NCBI GenBank assembly: GCA_020445045.1
Contig: JAGRHI010000014.1
Coordinates: 1-45,866 of the forward strand
Reading direction: 5' to 3'
DNA from: Candidatus Competibacteraceae bacterium
Lineage (GTDB): Bacteria; Pseudomonadota; Gammaproteobacteria; Competibacterales; Competibacteraceae
DNA length: 45,866 nucleotides
The notes under the pieces are model-generated. The model did no database searches. It was not told the DNA's origin and saw nothing but the letters and a program-made list of their open reading frames with translations. Both the position numbers and the translations under genes were made by a program. Below, in pieces: positions 21,351 through 31,388 of this stretch; within the stretch, counting starts at the first letter, position 1; each line of letters opens with the position of its first letter.

Positions 21351-23315
21351 GTGGGAGTCCCGCCGGAAAACCGCATCATGGCGCATCTCGACAAAGCCGC
21401 TCTCCGCGGCATCTTCCGTTACCGGCCCCAGGCCTTGCCAGCCTCGGAAGATCCGGCCGCGCCGCCGTCGGACTTGCGGCGCATACGCTGGCGCCGCTTC
21501 AGCGCCGATCCCGCGCGCATGACCGCCATCTACATCGGCGGCGGCTTGCTTTGGGTGCTGGGCGGCGACCCGCTGCTGAGCGCCTGGCTGGCCGGCGCGG
21601 AATTATCGCCCATGCTGGGACCGCTTGCGAACGCCCTGCTGATCACCGCCAGCGGCGGCCTGCTGTACCGCCTGCTGAGCGTCCAGGTCGAAACGACGCG
21701 CCGCGCCCATCTGGTCCAGGACACACGGCTGGCGGAATTCATCGAGATGATCGTCGACATGGCCTTCATCAAGGATCGTGAAGGCCGTTACCTGCTGTTC
21801 AACTCGGCGGGCGCGCGCTTGGCCGGCAAACCCCTGGCCGAATGTCTGGGCCAGGACGACCGCGCGCTGTTCCCCGCCGACATGGCCCTGAAACGGATGG
21901 CGGCGGACCGTCAGGTCATCGCCAACGGTCACCCGCTGAACCGTGAAGATACCTTCGACATCGGCGGCGAACGGCGCATCCTGCAATCGACTCAATGGCC
22001 CTATCGGGACGCCGACGACCGCATCATCGGCGTGGTCGGCATCGCCCGCGACATCACCGCGCGAAAACAAGCCGACGAACGATCGTGGCGCGCCCGCGAC
22101 GAGCTGGAAAGCCGGGTGCGGGCGCGCACCGCCGAATTGGTGACCGCCAATCGGACCTTGGAACGGCTGATCGCCGCCCGCGTGCAAACCGAAATCGCCC
22201 TGCGCGACAGCGAGGAACGTTTTCGCCAGCTCGCCGAGCACATCCGTGAGGTATTTTGGGTGTACGGTATCGTGGAAGAACGGCTGCTGTACGTCAGCCC
22301 GGCCTACGAAGAGATCTGGGGGCGCGCCGTGCGGAATTTTCAGGAACGCCCGCTGGACTGGCTGGAAGCCGTCCACCCCGACGATCGCCCACGCATTCAG
22401 GCGGCGCACACCGCCAAGCTGGAATCGGGCCGACTCGACGAAGAGTACCGCATCGTGCGCCCGGACGGCACGATCCGTTGGATCTGGGATCGCGGCTTTC
22501 CGATCCGCGACGCGGCCGGTCATGTGTACCGCATCGCCGGCCTGGCCGAAGACATCACCGCCCGCAAGTTGGCCGAGGACCAACTGCGGCGGCAGCAAGT
22601 GGAGCTAGCCAAGATGTCGCGGCTCAGCCTAGCGGTCGAGCTGGCCTCCAACCTGGCTCACGAACTCAACCAACCGCTGGCGGCCATCGTGGCTTACACC
22701 CAGGCGTGCCTGACCTTGCTGCGAGAGGACACAGCCGACCCCCGTGAGTTGACCGGTACGCTGGAGGAAGTGGTCAATCAGGGGTTGCGGGCCGGCGGCA
22801 TCATCCGCCACCTGCGCGGGCTGGTGCAGAAACACCCGGCCGCTCAGACCGAAATCGATCTCAATGCCCTGATCCGCGCGGTGATTCACTACGCGCAACT
22901 GGAACTGCGCCAGGCCGACATCACGGTACGGCTGGAACTGACGGAACCGTTACCGGCCATCCTGGCCGACGACATGCAAATCCAGCTGGTGGTGCTCTAC
23001 TTGGTGCGCAACGCCATCGAGGCCATGCAAGACACGGACGACGCGCCGCGTGAGCTACTGCTGCGGACGACGCCGCTCGATACGGGCACCGTGCACGCCA
23101 CCGTTCGCGACAGCGGTCCAGGCTTCGGCCCGGAAGTGCTCGAACGATTGTTCCAACCCTTTTTCACCACCAAATCCGCGGGCATGGGACTGGGACTGTC
23201 GGTCAGTCGCTCGCTGATCGAATCCCAGGGCGGGCAGTTATGGGCCACCCCCAATCAGCCCGACCGTGGGGTCTCGTTCCATTTCAGCCTGCCGGTGTAC
23301 ACTCACTACCGATGA
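21351..23315 (+). CDS. PAS-domain sensor histidine kinase (FixL-like HisKA)
   Basis: Two PAS/PAC domains (RDIT, EDIT), LAHELNQPL, DSGPG, FFTTK and GMGLGL. Start uncertain (21351, 21378 or later). Confidence 0.9.
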   Translation: MGVPPENRIMAHLDKAALRGIFRYRPQALPASEDPAAPPSDLRRIRWRRFSADPARMTAIYIGGGLLWVLGGDPLLSAWLAGAELSPMLGPLANALLITASGGLLYRLLSVQVETTRRAHLVQDTRLAEFIEMIVDMAFIKDREGRYLLFNSAGARLAGKPLAECLGQDDRALFPADMALKRMAADRQVIANGHPLNREDTFDIGGERRILQSTQWPYRDADDRIIGVVGIARDITARKQADERSWRARDELESRVRARTAELVTANRTLERLIAARVQTEIALRDSEERFRQLAEHIREVFWVYGIVEERLLYVSPAYEEIWGRAVRNFQERPLDWLEAVHPDDRPRIQAAHTAKLESGRLDEEYRIVRPDGTIRWIWDRGFPIRDAAGHVYRIAGLAEDITARKLAEDQLRRQQVELAKMSRLSLAVELASNLAHELNQPLAAIVAYTQACLTLLREDTADPRELTGTLEEVVNQGLRAGGIIRHLRGLVQKHPAAQTEIDLNALIRAVIHYAQLELRQADITVRLELTEPLPAILADDMQIQLVVLYLVRNAIEAMQDTDDAPRELLLRTTPLDTGTVHATVRDSGPGFGPEVLERLFQPFFTTKSAGMGLGLSVSRSLIESQGGQLWATPNQPDRGVSFHFSLPVYTHYR

Positions 23316-23950
23316 CCGCCCATACCCCCATGAACGACATCGCTCCCACCGTTTTTCTCATCGACGACGACCAGGCGGTCCGCGACGCGGTCGGCCTGTT
23401 GCTGGGGGCGACCGGACTGAACGTGGAATCCTTCGCCAGCGCCGCGGACTTTCTCAAATCCGACGGCTTCCGTCGACCCGGCTGCCTGCTGCTGGACGTG
23501 CGCATGCCGGGCATGAGCGGCCTGGATCTGCAAAAGCAGTTACAGGATCAGGGTCATCGCCTTCCGATCATCTTCATGACTGGTCACGGCGACGTCCCCA
23601 TGGCGACCCGGGCGATGAAAGCCGGTGCCTTCGATTTCATCGAAAAGCCGTTTCAGGGACAAACGCTGCTGGCGCGAGTCCGGGAAGCACTGGAACGCGA
23701 TGCCCGTGAACTCCGTCGCCAAGCCCAGCGCAACGAGGCGGCGGCACGGCTGGCGCGGCTATCGCCACGCGAGCGGGAGGTCCTGGAGCGAGTGGCGGCC
23801 GGCCAGTACAACAAGGTGATCGCCGCCGAACTCGGCATCAGCCTGTCCACGGTGGAAATCCACCGCAAGCGGGTAATGGAGAAACTGGAAGCGGACTCGC
23901 TCTCCGACCTGATTCGAACCCTGGCGCTACTAGACGAAACAGGATCGTAG
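23312..23950 (+). CDS. FixJ/LuxR-family response regulator
   Basis: IDDD, LLDVRMPGMSG, TGHGDVPMA and FIEKP receiver motifs; LSPREREVL..NKVIAAELGISLSTVEIHR HTH. ATGA overlap with the kinase. Confidence 0.93.
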   Translation: MTAHTPMNDIAPTVFLIDDDQAVRDAVGLLLGATGLNVESFASAADFLKSDGFRRPGCLLLDVRMPGMSGLDLQKQLQDQGHRLPIIFMTGHGDVPMATRAMKAGAFDFIEKPFQGQTLLARVREALERDARELRRQAQRNEAAARLARLSPREREVLERVAAGQYNKVIAAELGISLSTVEIHRKRVMEKLEADSLSDLIRTLALLDETGS

Positions 23951-24026
23951 GCCTCGCCAACTCCAAGGCCGGCGATCGTTCGGCTGGACAGCGGCATCGG
24001 CCGCAACCTCGACCACAGGCAAGCTC

Positions 24027-25364
24027 ATGAACCTCGCAAACAGCGTACTGCTGACCGATCTCTACCAACTGACCATGCTCCAGACCTACCATGCCGAACA
24101 CATGCAAGAAACGGCTGTGTTCGAACTGTTCGCCCGCCGGCTACCCCCCGAGCGGGAATTCCTGCTCGCCGCCGGTCTGGAGCAGGCATTGGATTACCTG
24201 GAAAACCTGCGGTTCGCCACCGAGGAACTGGACTGGCTGGCCGGTCACGGTGGCTTCAGCCCGCAATTCGTGGCTTCGCTGGAAGATTTTCGCTTCACCG
24301 GCTCGGTGCATGCGCTGCCGGAGGGCACGGTGTTCTTCGCCAACGAGCCGATCCTCCGAATCATCGCTCCACTGCCCGAGGCGCAATTGGTGGAAAGCCG
24401 GCTCATCAACCTGATCCATTATCAGACCTTGATCGCGTCCAAGGCCGCCCGCTGCGTGTTGGCCGCGCCCGGCAAGCTGCTGGTGGATTTCGGCATGCGC
24501 CGCGCCCATGGCGCCGAGGCGGCCCTGTTCGCCGCCCGAGCGGCCTATCTGGCCGGTTTTGCCGGCAGCGCCACCGTACTGGCCGGCATGCATTTTGATA
24601 TTCCCGTGTTCGGCACCATGGCGCATTCGCTGATCCAGGCCCATGACCGAGAGGAAGACGCCTTCGAACATTTCGCCGCCGCGCAACCCGGCAACGTGGT
24701 ACTGCTGCTCGATACTTACGACACCGAGACCGCCGCCCACAAGCTGGTCGCGCTGGCTCCCCATCTGCGTGAGCGTGGCATCGAGATCAGGGGCGTGCGC
24801 CTCGACAGCGGCGATCTGGCCGACCACGCCCACCGGGTCCGGCGCATTCTCGACGCCGGCGGCCTGACCCAAGTCACGATCCTGGCTAGTGGCGATCTGG
24901 ACGAATACCGCCTGCGCGAGCTGCTGGCCGTAGGGGCGCCGATCGACGGCTTCGGCATCGGCACCCGGTTGGACGCATCCACCGACGCCCCGACGCTGGA
25001 CCTGGTTTACAAGCTCCAGGAATATGCCGGCCTGCCCCGGCGCAAACGTTCCGAGGGCAAGGCCACCTGGCCCGGCCGCAAGCAGATCTACCGGCAATTC
25101 ACGGCCAGTGGCGAGCTGGCCAGCGACTGCCTGGGCTTGGAAACCGCTCCACGACCCGGTGTACCCCTGCTGGTCAAGGTGATGGAAAACGGCCGCCGGT
25201 TGGCATCGCCGGAACCGCTGGCCACCATTCGTGATCGGGTACGCGCGCAACTGGCGGCCCTGCCTTCCACCCTGCGCGCCGGCCAGGGTGAACCGCCCTA
25301 CCCGGTCGAAATCGCCCCGGAACTGCGCGAACTGGCTGCCCAACTGGACCAGGAGACCCACTGA
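24027..25364 (+). CDS. pncB: Nicotinate phosphoribosyltransferase
   Basis: LLTDLYQLTM, DFGMRRAHG, GTMAHS, LLDTYDT, VRLDSGDL and FGIGT motifs. Confidence 0.93.
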   Translation: MNLANSVLLTDLYQLTMLQTYHAEHMQETAVFELFARRLPPEREFLLAAGLEQALDYLENLRFATEELDWLAGHGGFSPQFVASLEDFRFTGSVHALPEGTVFFANEPILRIIAPLPEAQLVESRLINLIHYQTLIASKAARCVLAAPGKLLVDFGMRRAHGAEAALFAARAAYLAGFAGSATVLAGMHFDIPVFGTMAHSLIQAHDREEDAFEHFAAAQPGNVVLLLDTYDTETAAHKLVALAPHLRERGIEIRGVRLDSGDLADHAHRVRRILDAGGLTQVTILASGDLDEYRLRELLAVGAPIDGFGIGTRLDASTDAPTLDLVYKLQEYAGLPRRKRSEGKATWPGRKQIYRQFTASGELASDCLGLETAPRPGVPLLVKVMENGRRLASPEPLATIRDRVRAQLAALPSTLRAGQGEPPYPVEIAPELRELAAQLDQETH

Positions 25365-25496
25365 TCCCTGCCCCTCGCGGCTCATGGGTCCGACCACGCC
25401 CACGCTGATCCTGCTTTCTTTGCAGCCACGCCAGACACTCACGGCCAAACCGATATATGCTATGCCGCATCGCAACATCGCTACGCCCCTGAGGGA

Positions 25497-27665
25497 ATGG
25501 TCATGGCCATCGCAATACTTATCGTCCCCACCGAACAACGGGTCGGGCTGACCACCGTCGCTCTGGGTCTGGTGCATGCGCTCGATCGCAAGGGTATTCC
25601 AGTCGGTTTCTGCAAACCCATCGGCCAACCGCACGCCACCGACACCGGACCGGAACGCTCGACTCGACTGGCCCGCGCCGTCACCAGCCTGAATCCGCCC
25701 GAGCCGATGCCGGTCGCCGAGGCGGAAAACCTACTCGGTCATAATCGGGAAAACATCCTGCTAGAAGAGGTGATCGCCCGCTACGAGCGCGCGGCACGGA
25801 AAGCCAGTGTGGTGGTGGTCGAAGGCTTGGTGGATACCGAGGAACGGTCCTACGGTACCCATCTCAATGCCAAGATCGCGCAAAGCCTGGATGCCCGGAT
25901 CATCATCGTCGCCGCTCCTGGCCGCGACAACCCGCGCCAGGTGACCGAACTGGTGGAAATGGTGGCCCAGGCCTACGGCGGCATCCGCCACGAGCGAATG
26001 ATCGGCTGCATCGTCAACCTGCTGGACGCGCCGGTGGACCCCACCGGTCATATCCGCTTCGATTTCAGCCGCGCCGAGGATATCCTCGACCAAGGCCACG
26101 CAGCCGAGCTGCAAGCCGAATGCGCCCGGCGCTGGCCGGAGACCTTCAAGTTGCTGGGCTGCATCCCCTGGCAACGCGATCTGATCGCGCCGCGAGTGCG
26201 GGACATCATGCACATGATCGGCGCGCAAATCCTCAACGCAGGTCAGTTGGACCGTCGCGTCACCCATGTCGCGCTGGGCGCCCGTACCCTGGCCAACAGT
26301 TGCCAGGATCTGCGCGCCGGGGCGATGGCGATCATGCCCGGTGACCGTGACGATCTGCTGCTGGCCACCTGCATGGCGGCGATCGGCGGCACCCACGTCG
26401 CGGCCGTGCTGCTCACCGGCGGCATCAAGCCCGACCCACGAGTATGGAAGCTGTGCGACCCGGCGCTCGCCACCGGCCTGCCGGTGCTGACCATCCCCTA
26501 CAGCACCATGCAATCGGTGCTGTACCTGCCTTACATCAACCTGGAGATCCCGCTCGACGATCACGACCGGATGCAGCGGGCGGTGGAGACAGTCGCTTCG
26601 CACATCACCCTGGAATGGCAGGAACCGCTACTGACCGCGATCGAGGAACGGCGGCTCAGCCCACCGGCCTTTCGCCACATGCTGGTGGAACGCGCCCACC
26701 GGGCCAATAAGCGCATCATCCTGCCCGAAGGCAACGAACCACGCACCATCGAGGCGGCCATCATCTGCCACCAGCGCAACATCGCCCGCTGCGTGCTGAT
26801 GGGCGACGCCGGTCGCATGCATCGGCTGTCGGCTCGCCGCGGCATGACCATCCCGCCGGCTATCGAAATCATCGATCCCACCCAAATCGATTCGCGCTAC
26901 ATCGATGCGATGGTGGAACTGCGCCGCGACAAGGAACTGAGCCCCGGACTGGCCGAGGAACAACTGCACGATCCGGTCGTGCTGGGCACCATGATGCTAC
27001 AACTGGGCGAAGTGGATGGTTTGGTGTCCGGCGCGGTACACACCACCGCCAACACCATTCGCCCGGCCCTGCAACTGATCAAGACCGCGCCCGGCGTCAA
27101 GCTGGTGTCGTCGATCTTCTTCATGTGCCTACCGGAACAGGTGCTGGTCTACGGCGACTGCGCCATCAACATCGACCCCAACGCCGACGAACTGGCCGAT
27201 ATCGCCATTCAAAGCGCCGAATCGGCCCAAGCCTTCGGCATCACGCCGCGGGTGGCGATGCTGAGCTACAGCACCGGCACCTCGGGCGCCGGCAGCAACG
27301 TGGAGAAGGTCAAGGAAGCAACCCGCATCGCCCGCGAACGGCGACCGGATCTGCTGATCGACGGCCCCTTGCAGTACGACGCGGCGGCCATCAAGGCGGT
27401 GGCCCAAAGCAAGGCGCCCGACAGTCAGGTCGCCGGCCGGGCCACGGTGTTCATCTTTCCCGATCTCAACGCCGGCAACACCACTTACAAGGCGGTGCAG
27501 CGTAGCGCCGACGTGATCAGCATCGGCCCGATGCTGCAAGGGTTGTGCAAACCGGTGAACGACCTGTCGCGCGGCGCGCTGGTGGAAGACATCGTGTTCA
27601 CCATCGCCTTGACCGCGATTCAGGCCGAGCAGGCGGCGGAACGGGAGCGCGCCACCCGGCGCTGA
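25497..27665 (+). CDS. pta: Phosphate acetyltransferase, long form
   Basis: N-terminal AAA/DRTGG-type region (PGDRDD); C-terminal SGAVHTTANTIRPALQ, YGDCA, DGPLQYDAA and GPMLQG..KPVNDLSRG. Confidence 0.95.
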   Translation: MVMAIAILIVPTEQRVGLTTVALGLVHALDRKGIPVGFCKPIGQPHATDTGPERSTRLARAVTSLNPPEPMPVAEAENLLGHNRENILLEEVIARYERAARKASVVVVEGLVDTEERSYGTHLNAKIAQSLDARIIIVAAPGRDNPRQVTELVEMVAQAYGGIRHERMIGCIVNLLDAPVDPTGHIRFDFSRAEDILDQGHAAELQAECARRWPETFKLLGCIPWQRDLIAPRVRDIMHMIGAQILNAGQLDRRVTHVALGARTLANSCQDLRAGAMAIMPGDRDDLLLATCMAAIGGTHVAAVLLTGGIKPDPRVWKLCDPALATGLPVLTIPYSTMQSVLYLPYINLEIPLDDHDRMQRAVETVASHITLEWQEPLLTAIEERRLSPPAFRHMLVERAHRANKRIILPEGNEPRTIEAAIICHQRNIARCVLMGDAGRMHRLSARRGMTIPPAIEIIDPTQIDSRYIDAMVELRRDKELSPGLAEEQLHDPVVLGTMMLQLGEVDGLVSGAVHTTANTIRPALQLIKTAPGVKLVSSIFFMCLPEQVLVYGDCAINIDPNADELADIAIQSAESAQAFGITPRVAMLSYSTGTSGAGSNVEKVKEATRIARERRPDLLIDGPLQYDAAAIKAVAQSKAPDSQVAGRATVFIFPDLNAGNTTYKAVQRSADVISIGPMLQGLCKPVNDLSRGALVEDIVFTIALTAIQAEQAAERERATRR

Positions 27666-27669
27666 GCTT

Positions 27670-28266
27670 TCATTCCCGCTCGAACACCTCCACCCGAGCC
27701 GGCGGCAGATTGCTCCAGATGATCTTGCTGGACCGCCGCCGGAAATGGGGTAGCAACCCGGACTGGGTGCCGCGCAGATCGTAGGTGTATTGCACCAGCA
27801 GGCCGCCGGCATCGAGTAGGGTCTCGAACTGGTGACCGATGGCGCGAGTGACGGCGGGAGGCAGCGAGCGCAAGGGCAGGCTGGACACGATGCCGTCGAC
27901 CCCTCGCGAGCGGTCGTGGCCCAGCAGTTGCGCCAGTTGCGCGGCATCTCCCTGCATGATCCGTAGTTGTGGAAAACGCCGGCGCAGGTGGTTGACCAGC
28001 GTCGGCGAACGCTCGATCACCACCAGCTTCCACGGTGGCACGCCGTGCTTGAGCAGCGCGGCGGTGACCGCGCCGGTTCCTCCACCCAGTTCCACCACCA
28101 GTCCGTCCCGATCCAGCGGCACCCGCGAGGCCATGCAACTCGCCAGCGCCGGCGCGCTGGGACAAGCCGCCCCCATGGCGCGTGGGTTGGCCCAGATTTC
28201 CCGAGTGAACAACGCCAGTGACGCGGCGCCGGGGTTTTGCATCAACACCTTCACCAAACGTTTCAT
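27670..28266 (-). CDS. PmtA-like phospholipid N-methyltransferase (class I SAM-dependent)
   Basis: NPRAMGAACPS, VVELGGGTG, IVSSLPL, VQYTY and NLPPARV motifs. Confidence 0.85.
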   Translation of the reverse strand: MKRLVKVLMQNPGAASLALFTREIWANPRAMGAACPSAPALASCMASRVPLDRDGLVVELGGGTGAVTAALLKHGVPPWKLVVIERSPTLVNHLRRRFPQLRIMQGDAAQLAQLLGHDRSRGVDGIVSSLPLRSLPPAVTRAIGHQFETLLDAGGLLVQYTYDLRGTQSGLLPHFRRRSSKIIWSNLPPARVEVFERE

Positions 28267-28581
28267 ACCCTACCTAGTTTCCAAATCCAGAGAACCGCTC
28301 ATCGCTCGGCAAGTTACATATTGCGCGATGGCGACCGGAGCATCCAGCCAGCGGAAAACACCACCACGCCGGTAACAGATGTGACAGTTGGACGACCGCA
28401 GGCATTTTAATCGATATCTGGCACTTGAATAGCGGGATATCGATTATGGCGAAGCGACGCGCCGAAACCCGGTTCGACGGCGCCGCCAACAGGATATGCA
28501 AGCGATGGGGAAAGATCGGAGCGCGGAGGACGGATGGATCGGCACGGCAACCGCCGGTCGCGACCGGCGGTTCAAACAGCG

Positions 28582-28980
28582 TCAGGAGGAACCGCGCAAG
28601 CGCTCTTGCTCGGCTTCGAACAACACCGACGCGATCTGGTGCAGCCCTTCTTCCTCGGCCAATTCGGAAATCTCCTCCCACGAGGCGCCGCGGTCGATGG
28701 CGGCGGCGGTCTTGCTACCCGCCGGCAATTCCTGGCGAGCCTCCCGAACGAAGGTATCGGTGGCCACCGCGGCATCTTCCAGCGTGGCCGCGCCGCTCCG
28801 CAGCGCTTCCTGCTCGGCCTCGAACAACACCGAGGCCAACTTATGCAACCCTTCGCCCTCGGCCAGTTCGGAAATCTCCTCCAGGCTGGCGTTGCGGTCG
28901 ATGGCGGCGGCGGTCTTGCTGCCATCGGGCAGATCGCTCCGGAACGACTGGAGCAGTTGCGCGATATTTTTCATCTCCAC
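28582..28980 (-). CDS. Hypothetical acidic protein built from two tandem copies of a domain (68-aa period)
   Basis: LPDGSKTAAAIDRNASLEEISELAEGEGLHKLASVLFEAEQE is repeated as LPAGSKTAAAIDRGASWEEISELAEEEGLHQIASVLFEAEQE. AGGAG RBS upstream. Confidence 0.8.
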   Translation of the reverse strand: MEMKNIAQLLQSFRSDLPDGSKTAAAIDRNASLEEISELAEGEGLHKLASVLFEAEQEALRSGAATLEDAAVATDTFVREARQELPAGSKTAAAIDRGASWEEISELAEEEGLHQIASVLFEAEQERLRGSS

Positions 28981-29194
28981 GGGTAGAACTCCTGGTGATG
29001 GTGATTGAAAGATCGGTTCGATCGGCGGGCAAGTCTATTATGGCGGCGCCGAAAAAACCAATATCGAACCGGCGTTGCCCACATCGATCGCAGGCTTTCG
29101 ATCCGATTCCCATCTCTTGGCGCATCGCGATCGAGCGGACCTCATGCCGCCCATGACGATTTCGTCCATTCCCGAGCACGGCGCCCAGAAAATT

Positions 29195-29226
29195 TTAAGG
29201 TTGGTTTCAGGCACGTACCGTACAGT
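29195..29226 (+). promoter_or_regulatory. Putative OmpR-family (BqsR/CarR-like) direct-repeat box plus -10 element
   Basis: TTAAG-N6-TTCAG at 29195-29210 and TACAGT at 29221-29226, upstream of the PepSY operon. Confidence 0.55.
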
Positions 29227-29314
29227 GCGCTTCAGCTCGCAAGGACGCGTCGATCCACATCGACGACTCGAACGGTCGTCGCCAACTCCATCCGCCAATC
29301 TGAGGTATTGCTCC

Positions 29315-29635
29315 ATGATCGCTCGCACATCCCTGCTCGGCACCGTCGCTTTCGCGCTTGCCACCACCTTGGCCACCGCCACCCTTGCCGCCGAAACCAA
29401 GGATGCCACGCCTGGCGTCAACCCGCCAGCCGCCACGGCGACCACCGGCCTTACCAAGGAACAGGCCGTCGACATGGCACTGAAGGCGCATCCGGGTAAA
29501 ATGACCAAAGCCTACAAGGACCGGAAGAACGGCAAGGAGACCTGGGAAGTGAAAATCAAGGGCGACGACGGCAAGAAATGGGAGGTGTATTACGACATGA
29601 AGACCGGGGATCTGGTCGCCGAGGAGAGCAACTGA
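29315..29635 (+). CDS. Secreted PepSY-domain protein
   Basis: Signal peptide ending TLA-AE, then LTKEQAVDMALKAHPG..WEVKI..EVYYDMKTGDLV. Confidence 0.88.
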   Translation: MIARTSLLGTVAFALATTLATATLAAETKDATPGVNPPAATATTGLTKEQAVDMALKAHPGKMTKAYKDRKNGKETWEVKIKGDDGKKWEVYYDMKTGDLVAEESN

Positions 29636-29682
29636 GGTCGAATGACCCAGGTTGATGTCCCGAAACCGAAAACCCGTCATCT

Positions 29683-29712
29683 GCCTCCCTCGCGCCACCA
29701 CGCGAGGGAGGC
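29683..29712 (+). terminator. Intra-operon GC hairpin (12-bp perfect stem); attenuator or mRNA-stabilising element
   Basis: GCCTCCCTCGCG-ccacca-CGCGAGGGAGGC. No U-tract follows. Confidence 0.45.
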
Positions 29713-29740
29713 GCCGACCACACGCCGCGAGGTTATGGCC

Positions 29741-30352
29741 ATGACTGACCCTCGTTCCACCGAAATCGCCATTTGGGACCCGCTGGTCCGCTTGTTTCAT
29801 TGGACCCTGGTGGCCGCGTTCTGCGCCACCTATTTCACTCAGAGCGAGTGGTTCGAGGATTTCCAGGACCGCTTGGACGGCGAATGGCTGCAAACCGTCC
29901 ATGTCTGGGCCGGTTACACCATCGTCGGACTGTTGCTGTTTCGCCTGCTCTGGGGTTTCATCGGACCACGGTACGCCCGGTTCGCCGACTTCGTGCATGG
30001 ACCCCGCGCCACGCTGTCCTACCTCAAACAAGTGCTGACCCTGCGCGCGCCCCGCCATCTGGGTCATAATCCGGCCGGCGGCGCCATGATCGTGATCCTG
30101 CTGCTGAGCCTGACCACCACCGTTACCGCCGGCTTGCTGCTGTACGGCGCCGACCAGGGCCTGGGTCCGTTGGCCGGCCCGCTGGCGGGCAGCAACGAGG
30201 ACACCATTCATTTCATCAAGGAGATCCATGAGTTTTTCGCCAACTTCACCCTCGCCTTGGTCGCCGGACATCTGATCGGGGTCGTCTGGGAAAGCCTGCT
30301 GCACCGAGAAAATCTGGCCCGCGCCATGGTGACCGGACGCAAGCGCGCCTGA
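29741..30352 (+). CDS. Cytochrome b/b6-domain membrane protein (Ni-hydrogenase cytochrome b-like)
   Basis: IWDPLVRLFHW, HVWAGY, RLLWGFIGPRYARF, GHNPAG, IHE, GHLIGV and ENLARAMVTGRK. GAGG RBS before 29741. Confidence 0.9.
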   Translation: MTDPRSTEIAIWDPLVRLFHWTLVAAFCATYFTQSEWFEDFQDRLDGEWLQTVHVWAGYTIVGLLLFRLLWGFIGPRYARFADFVHGPRATLSYLKQVLTLRAPRHLGHNPAGGAMIVILLLSLTTTVTAGLLLYGADQGLGPLAGPLAGSNEDTIHFIKEIHEFFANFTLALVAGHLIGVVWESLLHRENLARAMVTGRKRA

Positions 30353-30383
30353 CCACCCTCATATCGTCCGCGAAATCGTGCCC

Positions 30384-30707
30384 ATGCCCCGTCCCACCAG
30401 ACCCATCGTCATCATGCTGCTGGCCGCAAACCTGCTGGTGGCGGGTCCGCTCATGGCCGGGCGCGACCATGACGAAATCCGCCGCTTGCGCGGCGCCGGG
30501 CAAATCCTGTCGCTGGAAACCATCATCGCCAATCATCGCGCCCGGTATCCCGGAGGCCAATTACTGGAAGCGGGCCTGGAGTCCGAGCATGGCCGCCATG
30601 TCTACACTCTCAAATTCCTGGGCGACGACGGCGTGGTGAGGGAGTTCGAGTACGATGCCCGAACCGGCGCACTGTGGCATTCCGAGCATGAAGACCATAA
30701 AGAGTGA
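30384..30707 (+). CDS. PepSY-domain protein
   Basis: Signal peptide, DHDEIRRLR.AGQILSLE, PGGQLLEAGLE and YDARTG. Confidence 0.85.
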   Translation: MPRPTRPIVIMLLAANLLVAGPLMAGRDHDEIRRLRGAGQILSLETIIANHRARYPGGQLLEAGLESEHGRHVYTLKFLGDDGVVREFEYDARTGALWHSEHEDHKE

Positions 30708-30716
30708 GGATGAACG

Positions 30717-31388
30717 ATGCGCTTGCTGCTGGTCGAGGATGATGCGCTACTGAGCGACCGGCTGCGCGGCGAACTGCAACGGGCCGGTTTCGCCGTGGAC
30801 GTGACGGACAACGGCGTGGACGCCGGTTTCATGGGCGGGTCCGAACCCTACGACATGGTGGTGCTGGACATCGGGCTACCCGGCCGCTCCGGGCTGGAGG
30901 TGCTGCGCGACTGGCGCGCGGCCGGCAATCCGATGCCGGTGCTGGTCCTGACCGCCCGCGACGCCTGGCACGAAAAAGTGGATGGCTTCAAGGCTGGCGC
31001 CGACGATTACCTGAGCAAACCGTTTCATACCGCCGAACTGATCGCCCGCTTGCATGCGCTACTGCGACGCGGTATCGCCCGGCCGCCCGGCCCGCTGCAA
31101 GCCGCCGGACTGGAACTGGACGAAGAGGCCCAAACCGTCCGGGTGACCGCCACCGATGCCACCGTCGAATTGACCGGCACCGAATTCCGCCTGCTGCGCT
31201 ACCTCATGCTACACCCCGGCCGGGTGCTATCGAAAAGCCGGCTGGTCGAGCATGTCTACGATTTCGACGCCGAGCGCGACAGCAACGTGCTGGAAGTCTA
31301 CATCAACCGACTGCGCCGCAAATTCGGCCGCGACCTGATCGCCACGCGTCGCGGTCAGGGCTACGTTTTCGGAACCGACGACGCATGA
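30717..31388 (+). CDS. OmpR-family response regulator (BqsR/CarR/PhoP-like)
   Basis: [46 protein letters not shown] and TRRGQGY. Confidence 0.93.
   Translation: MRLLLVEDDALLSDRLRGELQRAGFAVDVTDNGVDAGFMGGSEPYDMVVLDIGLPGRSGLEVLRDWRAAGNPMPVLVLTARDAWHEKVDGFKAGADDYLSKPFHTAELIARLHALLRRGIARPPGPLQAAGLELDEEAQTVRVTATDATVELTGTEFRLLRYLMLHPGRVLSKSRLVEHVYDFDAERDSNVLEVYINRLRRKFGRDLIATRRGQGYVFGTDDA

Noticed and set aside
28419-28434. TGGCACTTGAATAGC as a sigma-54 promoter
   Set aside because: The -12 element is imperfect and no plus-strand gene follows at a sensible distance.
29642-29740. Longer N-terminus for the cytochrome b gene as given in the ORF track
   Set aside because: The extension spans a 12-bp hairpin and is low-complexity. 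The family-like sequence and an RBS fit a start at 29741 (or 29735).
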